Notes: generated by a model not told the origin, from the letters alone. Numbered from the whole stretch's first letter, positions 36,994-47,141 are shown. The stretch is DNA of 59,880 nucleotides, filler included, from Candidatus Woesearchaeota archaeon (GCA_016180285.1; 3 parts of 3 records of this genome joined end to end with filler, not necessarily neighbours in it); one strand, 5' to 3'. Translations and numbers: made by a program.

Positions 36994-38088
36994 TTAAGTA
37001 AAGATATTGAGTATTTCATTAAGATCGGCTACCTCATAGTCTACGTAAGGCGGCTTTTCATGACCTTCGACTTTGCCCCTATTGAGCCATACTGTAACCA
37101 AGCCAAGCTTTTTCGCAGGCTCAAGATCAAATGTAGGGCGGTCACCAATCATCACGCACTCTTCAGGCTTTAATTTCAGCTTTTTGAAAAGATAAGTGTA
37201 GAATTTCCTGTCAGGCTTTGTTGTATTCACATCCTCTCCTTTGACAATCAGATCAAAAAAGCCATAAATGCCTATTTTCTTAATTCTTTGAATCTTTGTT
37301 TCGTCTGGATCAGTAATTATTGCAAGCCGGTATTTTTTCTTTTTTAAATTCTTTAAAACATCCTTTGCATGCTGCATTGGCTTTATTTTCTGGATTATGA
37401 ACTTCCAATACATCCTATTTAATTTTTCAATTTCGGTTTTTTTGATTTTTAATTTGCCAAATGCTGCTTTCAGCCATAATCTGCGGTCATACAGCCCTGT
37501 GTTTTTTTCTTTAAATGCCCTGGAAGTAAAATAGCTGTTTATGTCATGAAGAATTTTTGAAAAATCTCTTATTTTGTATTTTTTAAGAACATACCCGTCG
37601 ATTTTTTTATGTGAATAATCCCTCGCATTCTTGAATTCCTCTAAAGTATCGTCAAAATCAAAGATAAAGCATTTTATGCTTAAAGGAGTGATTTTTATTC
37701 TTATTTTTTGGTTTTTATTCTTAATTTTATTGATAAAGTCCCTGCTTAAATCAATGGCTGCCTTGTTTGCGTTTATCCCAAGCGTTCTTTCAGACAAAAA
37801 ATCCGATTTTCTGAGCACAATTTCGTGATTGCTGGAAAAACCTTCATTTAAATCGCAAATAACATCTTCTTTCAGGCTATTTGCGCTAATTGTTAGCTTT
37901 ATTTTCTTAATTCTATTTTTTATTGAAAATTCAATTAATCCCATTAATCCAAAAAAATCAAAATCTGAAGTAACGCCAACAATACAGTCTCCATTTAATG
38001 TCAGCTCTTTGTCTTTTGTGAATTCTATTGTTGTTTTGTGCGCTGATAAGATATTTTCATGGCCAAAAGAATTGAAGGCATACTCCAT
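36994..38088 (-). CDS. DUF371-HAD hydrolase fusion
   Basis: GHENILSAHKTTIEFTKD...GDCIVGV (DUF371) plus FDFDDTL, KPD, IGDR (HAD). Confidence 0.88.
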   Translation of the reverse strand: MEYAFNSFGHENILSAHKTTIEFTKDKELTLNGDCIVGVTSDFDFFGLMGLIEFSIKNRIKKIKLTISANSLKEDVICDLNEGFSSNHEIVLRKSDFLSERTLGINANKAAIDLSRDFINKIKNKNQKIRIKITPLSIKCFIFDFDDTLEEFKNARDYSHKKIDGYVLKKYKIRDFSKILHDINSYFTSRAFKEKNTGLYDRRLWLKAAFGKLKIKKTEIEKLNRMYWKFIIQKIKPMQHAKDVLKNLKKKKYRLAIITDPDETKIQRIKKIGIYGFFDLIVKGEDVNTTKPDRKFYTYLFKKLKLKPEECVMIGDRPTFDLEPAKKLGLVTVWLNRGKVEGHEKPPYVDYEVADLNEILNIFT

Positions 38089-38107
38089 TTTAACTTTTAC
38101 ATTAGCG

Positions 38108-38326
38108 CTATTTTAAAATGTCTTCAATGGGCTTTTTTGATTTCTTTGCTTCTTCTGCCGCCATCTTTTCCAGATCAACGCCGAGTTCCTTCAAGGCCTT
38201 TATATGCATCTGCATCAATTGCTCGACTATCGAAATCAGCTTTGCCAATTCCTGCCTTTCTTTCGCCAGTGTTGTCAATGATCCTTTGTGGAATCCAATC
38301 TGCTCTTCCTTGCTTTCCTGCGCCAT
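38108..38326 (-). CDS. Small coiled-coil hypothetical protein
   Basis: RBS AGGTGA; EQIGFHKGSLTTLAKERQEL. Confidence 0.75.
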   Translation of the reverse strand: MAQESKEEQIGFHKGSLTTLAKERQELAKLISIVEQLMQMHIKALKELGVDLEKMAAEEAKKSKKPIEDILK

Positions 38327-38339
38327 TAAATCACCTGTT

Positions 38340-40751
38340 CTATTTCATCCTTAATCTAGCCAATCTTTCAAAAGGGCTATGATCCTTCGTCAGTTCGCTG
38401 AGCTTTTTAAAGCTTTCCTTAGCTTCTTCAGCTTTTTCAGTTTTCTCTTCCTTCAAAGGCAATGGCTTCAATTCCTCTCCAGCTTCTTTTTTCTCTTCGA
38501 ATTCTGTAAACATCTCCTTTCTTTCTTCCTGCTTTTGCTGCATTACCTGCTCGAATGGCCTCAGTTTCAGCAATGGCTGCAATTGTTTTTTTGGCAATGC
38601 TACCATTACATTTCTATCAACAACTGCGGGATTCCATCCTGTTTCTATAAGCCTTCTTCTGATTTGATCTTGCGTGAAGCCTTTATTTAAAGTATCGGCG
38701 ATATACCGCCTTAACTCATTCTCTCTCTGAGTTTCAGCTTTCATCATCTCCTGCTGCTGCAATAATCTTTGCCTCTCAGCAGCTATCTTTTTCTTCCTGC
38801 TTTGCTGCTTATAAAAGACAAGGCCGCCTACAGCCGCAGCTCCTAATACAACCACCGCAATTAAGATGTAAAGCAGCGCTTGCCACCATGGCTTTTCTAT
38901 TTTAGCCGGCTGCTCTGTTATTGGCGTAGGTTGAACATTAATAGCGCATGACTGCTGCTCAGAAGGCTTGCCAGCCAAGTTGTTGCAGTTGTTTGCATCC
39001 GTGCATGTCCTTGCTTGTTTTCCTGATGCGCATGTTGACCATGTATTGCACTGCCAGTTTGGAGTGCATGATGGAACTTGCGCTTTGGCGCATGTGCAGT
39101 CGGATTTGCAGTTAAGCCCTTTGCACGCCTGATTCTTTGTTCCATCGCATTCCTCTCCTGTGTCAAGGATATTATTTCCGCACTTGTATGCAGGAGCAGT
39201 AACTTGGGTGATGCTTAGCGAAACTTCATTTGAAGTTGCAGTTGCTATGCTGTCAGATGCCATGAATGTTATTCTCTCTGTTGTTGCTGCGGTTGTGGCT
39301 GGATAGAAGCTGACTACGCCGTCAATTATGCTTATTTTGACTTTAGCGCTTGCTGCTGCTGAATAGGTGAGATGATCGCCATCCGGATCTGTGAAATAAT
39401 CATTTAGGTTCATTGCATTTGTTTTGTTCCCGGTTATGGTTTGGTCTGGAACAGGCATCACCAGTATTGGAGGGCTATTGATGACTGGAGCGCTGATTGT
39501 CCATGTTTGCGATACCTCGGATAAGCCATCTGTTATTACCAGCTTTACTGTATGAGTTCCAGATGTAACATTATACCGCATTGATTGCTCAGCTGAAAGA
39601 TCCATAGTGTCATCTTTCACCCATCTCTGGCTTGGAATTGTGCCGTCTGGGTCATAAGCTGTGAAATTAAAGAATATCATTGTCCCTTTTGTTGTGTTTA
39701 TTGTTGTGTTTTGAGGGGTGAAGTTGGTTATAACAGGAGGCCTGTTTGTGTCAACTATTGTGAATGATATTATTTCATAATCTATTGCTTGCCCATCTGA
39801 GACTGAAATGTTGATTGAATAAGTTCCGTTTTGGCTTGATGCAGGTGTGAAGTTAATTATTCCGCCTGCTATACTGAATAGCGTTGTGTTTGCGCTGAAT
39901 GCAAGGCTGCTGCTGTCCTCGTCTGTTGCGTTCATCCTTCGCGTGAATAGCTGATTGGCAATCGCTGTCAAAGAGCCTATTGCCCCTAAAACAGGAGGAT
40001 CGTTTGTGGCGTTTACAATAATATTTATGTTTGCAGAGCTGTTCAAGATGCCGTCTGAAACTGTGAGCTTTATCGATTCATTTACTGGAAGAGTGTAGTT
40101 GAATGTCAATATGTTCCCATTTACTTTCACCTTGCTGGAATTTGTTGTTAATGTTAATGGATCGTTGTCTGGGTCGCTTATGTATTGCGCTAAATTCAAA
40201 GGCCATAATGAATCTTCAGGAACTGTTTGCTGGAGCTGCAAGCCTGAAATTATTGGCTGCCCGTTGCCTCTCCTGCAGCATATTTTTTCAGAATAAGCAT
40301 TGCAGTCGCCAATATGGGCGTTTGTATTGTTTGATATTGAGGCAATGCACTCATAACTTCCCGTGCATGCAGCTGCATAAGCGCAGACAAGATTGCCGAA
40401 GCATACATCTGAGTAAGCTGCTGTTGTCATGTTATTTTTCTCGGCATGCGCATTATCCGAGCCAGAAAGCCTTATGACTGTGTTGGAACCTGCGCAGCTG
40501 TGGCCTGATGAAGCAGTGTAGCATACTTTATTTGCATATGTCAGGCTATTCCACAAACCAGCATGGCCGCCAGTTAGCTCGTCCATTTTAAGAATGGTGT
40601 TGTTGTCAGAGCACGATGCTGTTATTTCAAATGCCTTGCCTGTTGAGCCAAAATCGAATATGTTTATTGCAGCATACCCGAATATCAAGACGAACAATAT
40701 AACTAAAGCTATGTAATACAGTTGGCTTTTTGATCTTTGGTTTTTATTCAT
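38340..40751 (-). CDS. Large surface protein: cadherin/Ig-like repeats, Cys-rich modules, TM anchor
   Basis: NDPP/NRPP/NSPP...DPDGD repeats; CGNNILDTGEECDG; CTPNWQCNTWSTC; TM WWQALLY...; cytoplasmic tail. Confidence 0.85.
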   Translation of the reverse strand: MNKNQRSKSQLYYIALVILFVLIFGYAAINIFDFGSTGKAFEITASCSDNNTILKMDELTGGHAGLWNSLTYANKVCYTASSGHSCAGSNTVIRLSGSDNAHAEKNNMTTAAYSDVCFGNLVCAYAAACTGSYECIASISNNTNAHIGDCNAYSEKICCRRGNGQPIISGLQLQQTVPEDSLWPLNLAQYISDPDNDPLTLTTNSSKVKVNGNILTFNYTLPVNESIKLTVSDGILNSSANINIIVNATNDPPVLGAIGSLTAIANQLFTRRMNATDEDSSSLAFSANTTLFSIAGGIINFTPASSQNGTYSINISVSDGQAIDYEIISFTIVDTNRPPVITNFTPQNTTINTTKGTMIFFNFTAYDPDGTIPSQRWVKDDTMDLSAEQSMRYNVTSGTHTVKLVITDGLSEVSQTWTISAPVINSPPILVMPVPDQTITGNKTNAMNLNDYFTDPDGDHLTYSAAASAKVKISIIDGVVSFYPATTAATTERITFMASDSIATATSNEVSLSITQVTAPAYKCGNNILDTGEECDGTKNQACKGLNCKSDCTCAKAQVPSCTPNWQCNTWSTCASGKQARTCTDANNCNNLAGKPSEQQSCAINVQPTPITEQPAKIEKPWWQALLYILIAVVVLGAAAVGGLVFYKQQSRKKKIAAERQRLLQQQEMMKAETQRENELRRYIADTLNKGFTQDQIRRRLIETGWNPAVVDRNVMVALPKKQLQPLLKLRPFEQVMQQKQEERKEMFTEFEEKKEAGEELKPLPLKEEKTEKAEEAKESFKKLSELTKDHSPFERLARLRMK

Positions 40752-40775
40752 ATTTTTGCTACTGCATTAAGCTAT

Positions 40776-41795
40776 TCACGAGCAGGCTGTTGCGCTCCTG
40801 TATATTTGTCCATCTGCATTAACGCAAGCATATGCATTGCCAGAGCCTGCTAAGTTAGTTATTCTTATATCTCCAGCAACTTCTAATTTAACAGCAGGGC
40901 TTGTTGTCCCGATGCCGACATTGCCTGCAAAATACGCCCCACCTAACCCATTAATTTCAGCAAGCAATGGTGTCTCTCCACCGCCATACGCTTCAAGAAA
41001 TTTGTTATTATAGGCATCATTCTGAATCAGATATAAAAGAGTTTCTCCGCCTCCTGTTTTGTCTATTTTTATGCCTCTGCCTTCGGCGCTGTTAATCTGA
41101 ATGTTAGGATTAGGATTGCCGCCACTGCTTATCTCAAGTTTTCCTCCTGTTGGACTTGTCCCAATGCCGACATTGCCGTTTTGGTCTATTGTCATCCTGA
41201 TTTGTGCACTTCCCCCAGATGAACGAGTTTGTAAATACAGGGGCATCCCTTCTGCATCTTGAATTAGACCAGCTCCGCCATTGGAATACAATCTAATATT
41301 TGCAGCCCCCACCCTAATCTCTCCACCACTAACATCCAACTTCGCACTCGGACTCGCTGTCCCGATGCCGACATTGCCGTTTGTTAACATAGTTACTTTG
41401 GGAGAAAATATGCCTGTTGTATCAATCCCAAGTTGTATCCCAGTTGAGCCTGCTGCTGAAGCAATTGTCAAATAATCATTACCTGTTCTTGCCCCTTGAA
41501 TATACTTCTCTGTTGTGCCGCTTCTTGAGAGAAGCAGTTTTCCAATATTATCCTCTATTGCTAAATCTCCGCCAGAAACCGATAGCTTTGCAAGTGGCCC
41601 AGTTGTCCCGATGCCGACATTGTTATTAGAGACAGTTAAAGTTCCAGCAATCGTCCCTTCTCCTATTTCGCTGGCAGCATGGCCTGGATTTGGAATTGAT
41701 GCCTGCGCTATTGCGATTCCAACTATGAAAACAAAAACAACAAATCCCAATACACAGTATAAGTATTTTTTTGTTATGTTTATTTCTAATTTCAT
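40776..41795 (-). CDS. GNVGIGT-repeat (tail-fibre/adhesin-like) protein
   Basis: N-terminal TM, PNPGH, four (G/N)NVGIGT repeats; RBS GGAGG. Confidence 0.85.
   Translation of the reverse strand: MKLEINITKKYLYCVLGFVVFVFIVGIAIAQASIPNPGHAASEIGEGTIAGTLTVSNNNVGIGTTGPLAKLSVSGGDLAIEDNIGKLLLSRSGTTEKYIQGARTGNDYLTIASAAGSTGIQLGIDTTGIFSPKVTMLTNGNVGIGTASPSAKLDVSGGEIRVGAANIRLYSNGGAGLIQDAEGMPLYLQTRSSGGSAQIRMTIDQNGNVGIGTSPTGGKLEISSGGNPNPNIQINSAEGRGIKIDKTGGGETLLYLIQNDAYNNKFLEAYGGGETPLLAEINGLGGAYFAGNVGIGTTSPAVKLEVAGDIRITNLAGSGNAYACVNADGQIYRSATACS
40905..41622. repeat. Four near-identical 19-bp repeats TGTCCCGATGCCGACATTG
   Basis: 40905-40923, 41157-41175 (1 mismatch), 41358-41376, 41604-41622. Confidence 0.9.
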
Positions 41796-41971
41796 TTCAA
41801 TCTGCCTCCTGTTTTATTTTTTTCTTTGTTTTGAACTTCAATTATAAATGAAGAAACAGAATTGTCTTTGAAGATTACAATTGTGCCTTTCTGCCAGCCT
41901 TTAAGCTCAGCCAGCCGTTTGGGTATTGTAATCATCAGCTGGCCGTTTGGGAACTGTTGTATCTTCACCAT
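41792..41971 (-). CDS. AbrB/SpoVT-like small DNA-binding protein
   Basis: MVKIQQFPNGQLMITIPKRLAELKGWQKG...; 59 aa, stop overlaps the adhesin ATG (ATGA); not in ORF track. Confidence 0.82.
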   Translation of the reverse strand: MVKIQQFPNGQLMITIPKRLAELKGWQKGTIVIFKDNSVSSFIIEVQNKEKNKTGGRLK

Positions 41972-42077
41972 ATTAATATTTTAAATAATATTAAGTATAA
42001 TTTTTTAATTATTTTTATGATTATTTTATTTATTAATATTTAAATGTTTGCATTTTGCAGAAGTTCGGGGTATTATC

Positions 42078-42809
42078 TCATCTGATGTTCTTTAGCTTGT
42101 CAAAGGAGTACAGCCTGTCAGCAACAACATAAACTTCAAAACTACCAAGACTTTGCTGCAGGAAAGGGCTCAATAATTTCTCCTTCAGCATGTCTGTTCC
42201 CTCTGCAACCAAATTGAAAGATGGCTGCGCAATCAACGTTTTATTTTTGTATTTGCCTTTCAGAAAGCATTTAAATGTTTCTGAGCGGCCGCCTTCTTTC
42301 AAAGAAACAGCAGGATGCTCGTGTGAAATGATCAGTATCTTGGCTTTTTTAATTAAGTTTTCAATATTTTTATTAATTTTATCGCCGTGAATAATCAAAA
42401 CATCTTCAACTTTTAAAGAACCAACTATTTCCAAATTCCTTTTATCTGCTATGGGCCCCAGTATCGTGTCATGATTGCCTTTAATCAGGATAATCTCTTT
42501 GCAATGCTTATTTAAAAAATCCAGCAGCTTTAATGTGTCCCTCCATTCCTGATCTGATATTGTGCCGAACTCGTGCTTTAGGTCGCCATTGATTATTATT
42601 TTATTAATTTCTTTTTTATTCTTTTTAAGCTCCAGAAAAATCCTTTCCAATCTTTCAAGTGTTTCTTTTAATTGGAATCTGGGCAATAAAATTCCTTCCT
42701 TGTTCAATGCTTCTTCATATCCAATATGGAAATCCGCAAATACCAGGGTCTTTTCTTTACTAAGATAAAGCGCAAGATCAAAGATTTCAACATTGTTTGC
42801 TATTTTCAT
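42078..42809 (-). CDS. Calcineurin-like metallophosphoesterase (Lhr-associated type)
   Basis: ADFHIGYE, INGDLKHEFG, KGNHD, IHGD, SHEHPA; start coupled to nth stop. Confidence 0.9.
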   Translation of the reverse strand: MKIANNVEIFDLALYLSKEKTLVFADFHIGYEEALNKEGILLPRFQLKETLERLERIFLELKKNKKEINKIIINGDLKHEFGTISDQEWRDTLKLLDFLNKHCKEIILIKGNHDTILGPIADKRNLEIVGSLKVEDVLIIHGDKINKNIENLIKKAKILIISHEHPAVSLKEGGRSETFKCFLKGKYKNKTLIAQPSFNLVAEGTDMLKEKLLSPFLQQSLGSFEVYVVADRLYSFDKLKNIR

Positions 42810-43468
42810 CTGCTTCTCTTCACACCTATTCTCGGGCAATATCTGCTTATCAGGCATTTTGAGCAGAATGGAGAGACTGGAACGCATATATTCTGCCCGA
42901 ATTGGACAAAAAGCTCGTTTAAGTCATACCAGTATTTTTTTGGGATTATTTTTTCAAGCTCTATTTGGGTTTTTTCCGGTGTTTTTGCATTTACCCATCC
43001 AAGCCTATTGGAAATCTGATGAACGTGCGTATCAACGGGAATGCGGTCTGGCTTATTGTATCCGTAAACAACAACGATTGAGGCTGTTTTCGGCCCAACA
43101 CCCTTTAATTTTATCAGCTCATCAAATGTATCTGGAACTTTACTTTTATATTCTTTGATTAAAACCCTGCAGATTTCTTTTATCCTTTTTGCCTTTGTCC
43201 TGTAAAATCCTACGGGGTAGATCAATTTTTCAATCTTCTTAGCTGATAATTTTAATATTTTCTCGGGGGTGTTGTATTTTTTCAATAATTTAATAGAAGC
43301 CCTTGCTGTTGTTTCATCTTTTGTCCTTAACGACAATAAGCAGGAAATCAGTGTTGTAAAAGGATCGCGGACTATCCTGCCCCATTCCGAGACAAAAGGG
43401 TGCTTCCAGCTTTTGGATTCTTTTTTCAATAATTGCATTATAATGCCGATGTTTTTTGTTTCAGCCAT
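42806..43468 (-). CDS. nth: Endonuclease III
   Basis: LLSLRTKD, GFYRTKA, LKGVGPKTA HhH, VDTHVH, C-x6-C-x2-C-x5-C. Confidence 0.95.
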   Translation of the reverse strand: MAETKNIGIIMQLLKKESKSWKHPFVSEWGRIVRDPFTTLISCLLSLRTKDETTARASIKLLKKYNTPEKILKLSAKKIEKLIYPVGFYRTKAKRIKEICRVLIKEYKSKVPDTFDELIKLKGVGPKTASIVVVYGYNKPDRIPVDTHVHQISNRLGWVNAKTPEKTQIELEKIIPKKYWYDLNELFVQFGQNICVPVSPFCSKCLISRYCPRIGVKRSR

Positions 43469-43547
43469 TTTAACCTCTTATAAAATTACCCTAATTTGTT
43501 AGCGTAATAACAGTTCCTTTAAATCTTTCTGTTTTATAGATGAAATA

Positions 43548-44282
43548 TTACTTTCTATTGCTTATTTTCCAGAACCAGTTAAAGAATTCTTTAAACCTGT
43601 CTGCAATTTCTTTATTGTGCACTAAAATGCCAAAGGGGAAATCTTTTGTCCACAGAGTAATTGCCAGTTTATCGCCATAAATATAGATATGCGACGGCGT
43701 TTCCATGCCTTTAGGCAGATACCTTAATTCGCACTGGTCAAATTTTAATAGTTCTGCTCCTCTTTTTCTTCCTTCTGGCGTGTCATTCATTAAAAACCTT
43801 GAATAGACCTTGGCTTTAGCTCTTTCTATTTCCCATTTATCAATAAAATATGGCAGAACTAAAGTTGTCTTTCCAGAAGTCCAGTCTAAAAATTCTCTCG
43901 GTTTTGTTTTTATAACATCATTCAATATAGTTTTCAACCCTTCTTTTCCTTCATACAGCTCTACTACTGGTTTTTTTGTTTTATGTTTCGCTAGCTCCAA
44001 AAGCTGGGGCATAATATTTTGCAAGCTTAATTCTTTCTCCCTTAAAAAATCCATTAGCTTGCCAGGATTCACAGCTCTGAAATATCTTCTATTATTTTTG
44101 ATAATATTGCTGGCTAGTCCTTTATCAACTAATTTAGCTAAAGTATCATATATGTGCGGCCTTGAAATCTTGCTTTTTTCAGCGATATCGGAAGCTAAAG
44201 CTTCCTCTTGCTCCAGCAACAATAAATAAACATCTGCTTCGTTGTTGCTTAAGCCCATATTTGTTAAAGCCGTTCTATCCAT
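43548..44282 (-). CDS. TrmB-family transcriptional regulator
   Basis: GLSNNEADVYL.LL, IYDTLAKLVDKGL, YEGKEGLK, IYGDK, FNWFW. Confidence 0.9.
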   Translation of the reverse strand: MDRTALTNMGLSNNEADVYLLLLEQEEALASDIAEKSKISRPHIYDTLAKLVDKGLASNIIKNNRRYFRAVNPGKLMDFLREKELSLQNIMPQLLELAKHKTKKPVVELYEGKEGLKTILNDVIKTKPREFLDWTSGKTTLVLPYFIDKWEIERAKAKVYSRFLMNDTPEGRKRGAELLKFDQCELRYLPKGMETPSHIYIYGDKLAITLWTKDFPFGILVHNKEIADRFKEFFNWFWKISNRK

Positions 44283-44381
44283 AAGCAATGGAAATCCTTC
44301 CTCATATTTAAATTTTTTTCTTTTATTGTACTAAAAAGTACAACAAATATTTAAATAGATTATAACTATATAGTGGTTAAT

Positions 44382-45785
44382 ATGACTAAAAAATACGATG
44401 CCTATCTGGGAATCTTGCCAGACAACCATTTTGCGCCAATCCAGTCAGACAGGATTACCGCTCCTTTAGGCCAGCTTGTAATAGCTTCTTATGCTAAAGA
44501 GAGGATTTCTGGTTTGGAAGCAATGGCGTTTAACTGTATGAAAACTAATGAAAAAACAATGGAGCAAATCGTAGATGATTTCTTAGCAGCTGGAAAAAAG
44601 GTTGCTGTAGGTTTAACATTAATCACAGGTAATGCTGATAATGCGTTTAATTTGGCAAAAAAATTAAATGAAAAGGGAGTTGATGTTTATATTGGTGGTC
44701 CGGAAACAACGCAGATTGGCAAAGAAATTCTTGAAAATAGGCACTATATAAAAGCAGCCATATTCGGGGCAGGAGAAAAAATAATTGCCCGAATTTTAGA
44801 AGGCAATCCATTAAAATTCATTCCTAACCTGGCCTATGAGGAAAAAGAAGGCAAAATTCTAGAAACAAAGAAAGACCCATCAACTGTAAAATTAGACTTT
44901 GAAAATATTAAAGTCGATTATGGATTATTATTTGACTTATTGAAACATGAAGGCGTTTCCTATTTGTTTGGCAATGACTGCCAAAATGCCAAAGAGAGAT
45001 GCTATTTTTGTGGCAGAATTTCATTGGGTTTTGGCTATAGAAACCCAGAACAGGTATGGAAAGAAATCGAATTTTTATATAGGGCGGGGATAAGGGAATT
45101 TTATAACACAATGGATAATTCTGGTGTTGATATAAAAAAGCTAAGGAAATTTGCAGAATTAAAGCCCTCATGGTTAAAAGAAGGCTATCACAGGACTTTT
45201 ATTAATGCCCAAAACGTAAATGGAGAAGCAGTTTCTTACCTTAAAAAGATAGGCGTAATAGCCGCCATTGGCTTGGAAAATTTTCAGTTAATGCAGGCTG
45301 TGGGAAAAGGCTCAACTGACGTGCTAGATAATCTAAAATCTCTACTTTACCTAAGAGAAGCGCAAATTCCTGTTTTCCTCAGCATGGTTATTGGTATTCC
45401 GGGGGAAACAGAAGCCACATTAGAAAGAAACAAGGAATGGATCTGGTACACATTCAAGGACTATGGCCAAATAATTAGTCAATTTTTGATATCTCCTCTC
45501 ATGGTTACAACGGGCTCTAAAGCTTACTATGAGCTAATGAAAGTTCCAGAAATGGCTGTAAAATATTCTAAACTGCAAAAACCATACGACTCAACTGAGA
45601 TGTCCAAAGACTATTTTGATCATTTTTGCTCTATTCCAAGAGAAAAGGCATTAGGTTGCATCAAGGAGGTATATGAAATGATAAAACAGCTTAGCCCTTC
45701 CACAACTGTAAGCGGACATATGCCGAAAATTGAAGCTGATATTAAAGGAATTACTTTTGAAGAAAAAGAAAAAACAATAAAATGA
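44382..45785 (+). CDS. B12-binding-domain radical SAM protein, atypical Cys spacing
   Basis: APLG...YIGGP...GAGE...IPNL N-domain; CQNAKERCYFC; IGLE, IGIPGET. Confidence 0.82.
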   Translation: MTKKYDAYLGILPDNHFAPIQSDRITAPLGQLVIASYAKERISGLEAMAFNCMKTNEKTMEQIVDDFLAAGKKVAVGLTLITGNADNAFNLAKKLNEKGVDVYIGGPETTQIGKEILENRHYIKAAIFGAGEKIIARILEGNPLKFIPNLAYEEKEGKILETKKDPSTVKLDFENIKVDYGLLFDLLKHEGVSYLFGNDCQNAKERCYFCGRISLGFGYRNPEQVWKEIEFLYRAGIREFYNTMDNSGVDIKKLRKFAELKPSWLKEGYHRTFINAQNVNGEAVSYLKKIGVIAAIGLENFQLMQAVGKGSTDVLDNLKSLLYLREAQIPVFLSMVIGIPGETEATLERNKEWIWYTFKDYGQIISQFLISPLMVTTGSKAYYELMKVPEMAVKYSKLQKPYDSTEMSKDYFDHFCSIPREKALGCIKEVYEMIKQLSPSTTVSGHMPKIEADIKGITFEEKEKTIK

Positions 45786-45858
45786 ACGTGATATAGGCAA
45801 TTCAAAAAAGGAGAAGCATAAGAAAATATCAACCAAAACAAATTGTAATGTGAATAAA

Positions 45859-46593
45859 ATGAAAAAACAACTTGAAATATTGGTTGTTGAAGATCAGCCA
45901 GAATGTATTGAAGCTGCTAAAAAAGCACTTAGTACAAAAAAAGGAGTAAACGCACAGTATGCTAGTGATTATTTCGAAGCTATTCAAAGAAGTAGAGATA
46001 AAAGATATCATGGAGCATTAATTGATTTGTATTTTCCTGAAAAAGCTAATAGTAGTACTAAAATACTGGTTAGATCATCTTTACCAGAATGGGAAAAAGC
46101 ATGCGAAGAATGGGGAGGAATTATTCCAACAGCATATTCGTACCTTATGAAAGAAATAACAAGTAATGATGAATCAGAACAACCTTTAGGGTTTTTGCTT
46201 GGAAAAGAATTAAAGGCTAATGGAATCCCTTTAGTAATAGTTTCTACAGCAGAATATGGTCATGGTTCTGATGACAATCCTTTTTATGCCCTAAGAGTCG
46301 GTGCTCTAAAAATTTTTGATTTAAAAGAAGAATTTGAAGGGAATGGTATAATGCAGGCTATTACAGAAGATGTGTATGAAAAAGTAGTCCGTGAGCAGGG
46401 TAAAAAAATAGAGAATCTGAAGAGAGAACTTTATAATGCGGTAATTTGTAAACAACCATATACAGAATGGATAGATGATCTTGACGACGTAAGAATAGTA
46501 GAATGTGCAATAAAGTATGGTGTATTAAAACCAATAAAGGGCATAAAAACATATAAAAGGGCTTTTGAGGCACTGAAAGAGAAGTTGAAATAA
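45859..46593 (+). CDS. Orphan receiver (REC)-like domain protein
   Basis: ILVVED...ALIDLYFP...GIPLVIVST. Confidence 0.65.
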   Translation: MKKQLEILVVEDQPECIEAAKKALSTKKGVNAQYASDYFEAIQRSRDKRYHGALIDLYFPEKANSSTKILVRSSLPEWEKACEEWGGIIPTAYSYLMKEITSNDESEQPLGFLLGKELKANGIPLVIVSTAEYGHGSDDNPFYALRVGALKIFDLKEEFEGNGIMQAITEDVYEKVVREQGKKIENLKRELYNAVICKQPYTEWIDDLDDVRIVECAIKYGVLKPIKGIKTYKRAFEALKEKLK

Positions 46594-46772
46594 TTTTATT
46601 TTTTCTTTTAAGACACCGATCTCTTTTTATTGTTTCTCAAACTTTTAATTTGACTATTTTTAACCAAACAAATATGAACCTGTCTGTACTATTTGTGTAG
46701 GTTACCCAGCAGAATCCCCAAAAGCCAGATCCAGAAAGCCTTTGGATGAAATAATATACAAAATAATCTAAC

Positions 46773-47141
46773 TCACTCATTTTTCTTCAGTGCTATCTTC
46801 GCCATCACCATCTGGTGCATCCTCTTCAGAAACTCCATCCTGTCCTCCATCTTCAGGACATCTGTATAGCCCTGTATGATCAGATTGAATGCAAAAGGGC
46901 TTGGCACAGTTGTTGTTATCTCTTCAACTTTTATTTTCCCGTCATTTATCTGATCAATCACAAGCTTTGCATTCCTGACATCCATCAGATCCTCTAAAAC
47001 TTCACGTCTTGCTTCCTTCAATATCGGGAAATTATTGCTTATTCTTTTTAATGCGGACATCAGGATCATGGAGCTGACCTGCTGCCTTCCTACTCTTTTC
47101 TGGCGGCCTTTATAGTTTCTCAGTATCATCAAAGCGCGAGC
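46773..47141 (-). CDS. lhr: Lhr-like ATP-dependent helicase, C-terminal part (5' lost in gap)
   Basis: [29 protein letters not shown]. Confidence 0.85.
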   Translation of the reverse strand, partial: ARALMILRNYKGRQKRVGRQQVSSMILMSALKRISNNFPILKEARREVLEDLMDVRNAKLVIDQINDGKIKVEEITTTVPSPFAFNLIIQGYTDVLKMEDRMEFLKRMHQMVMAKIALKKNE

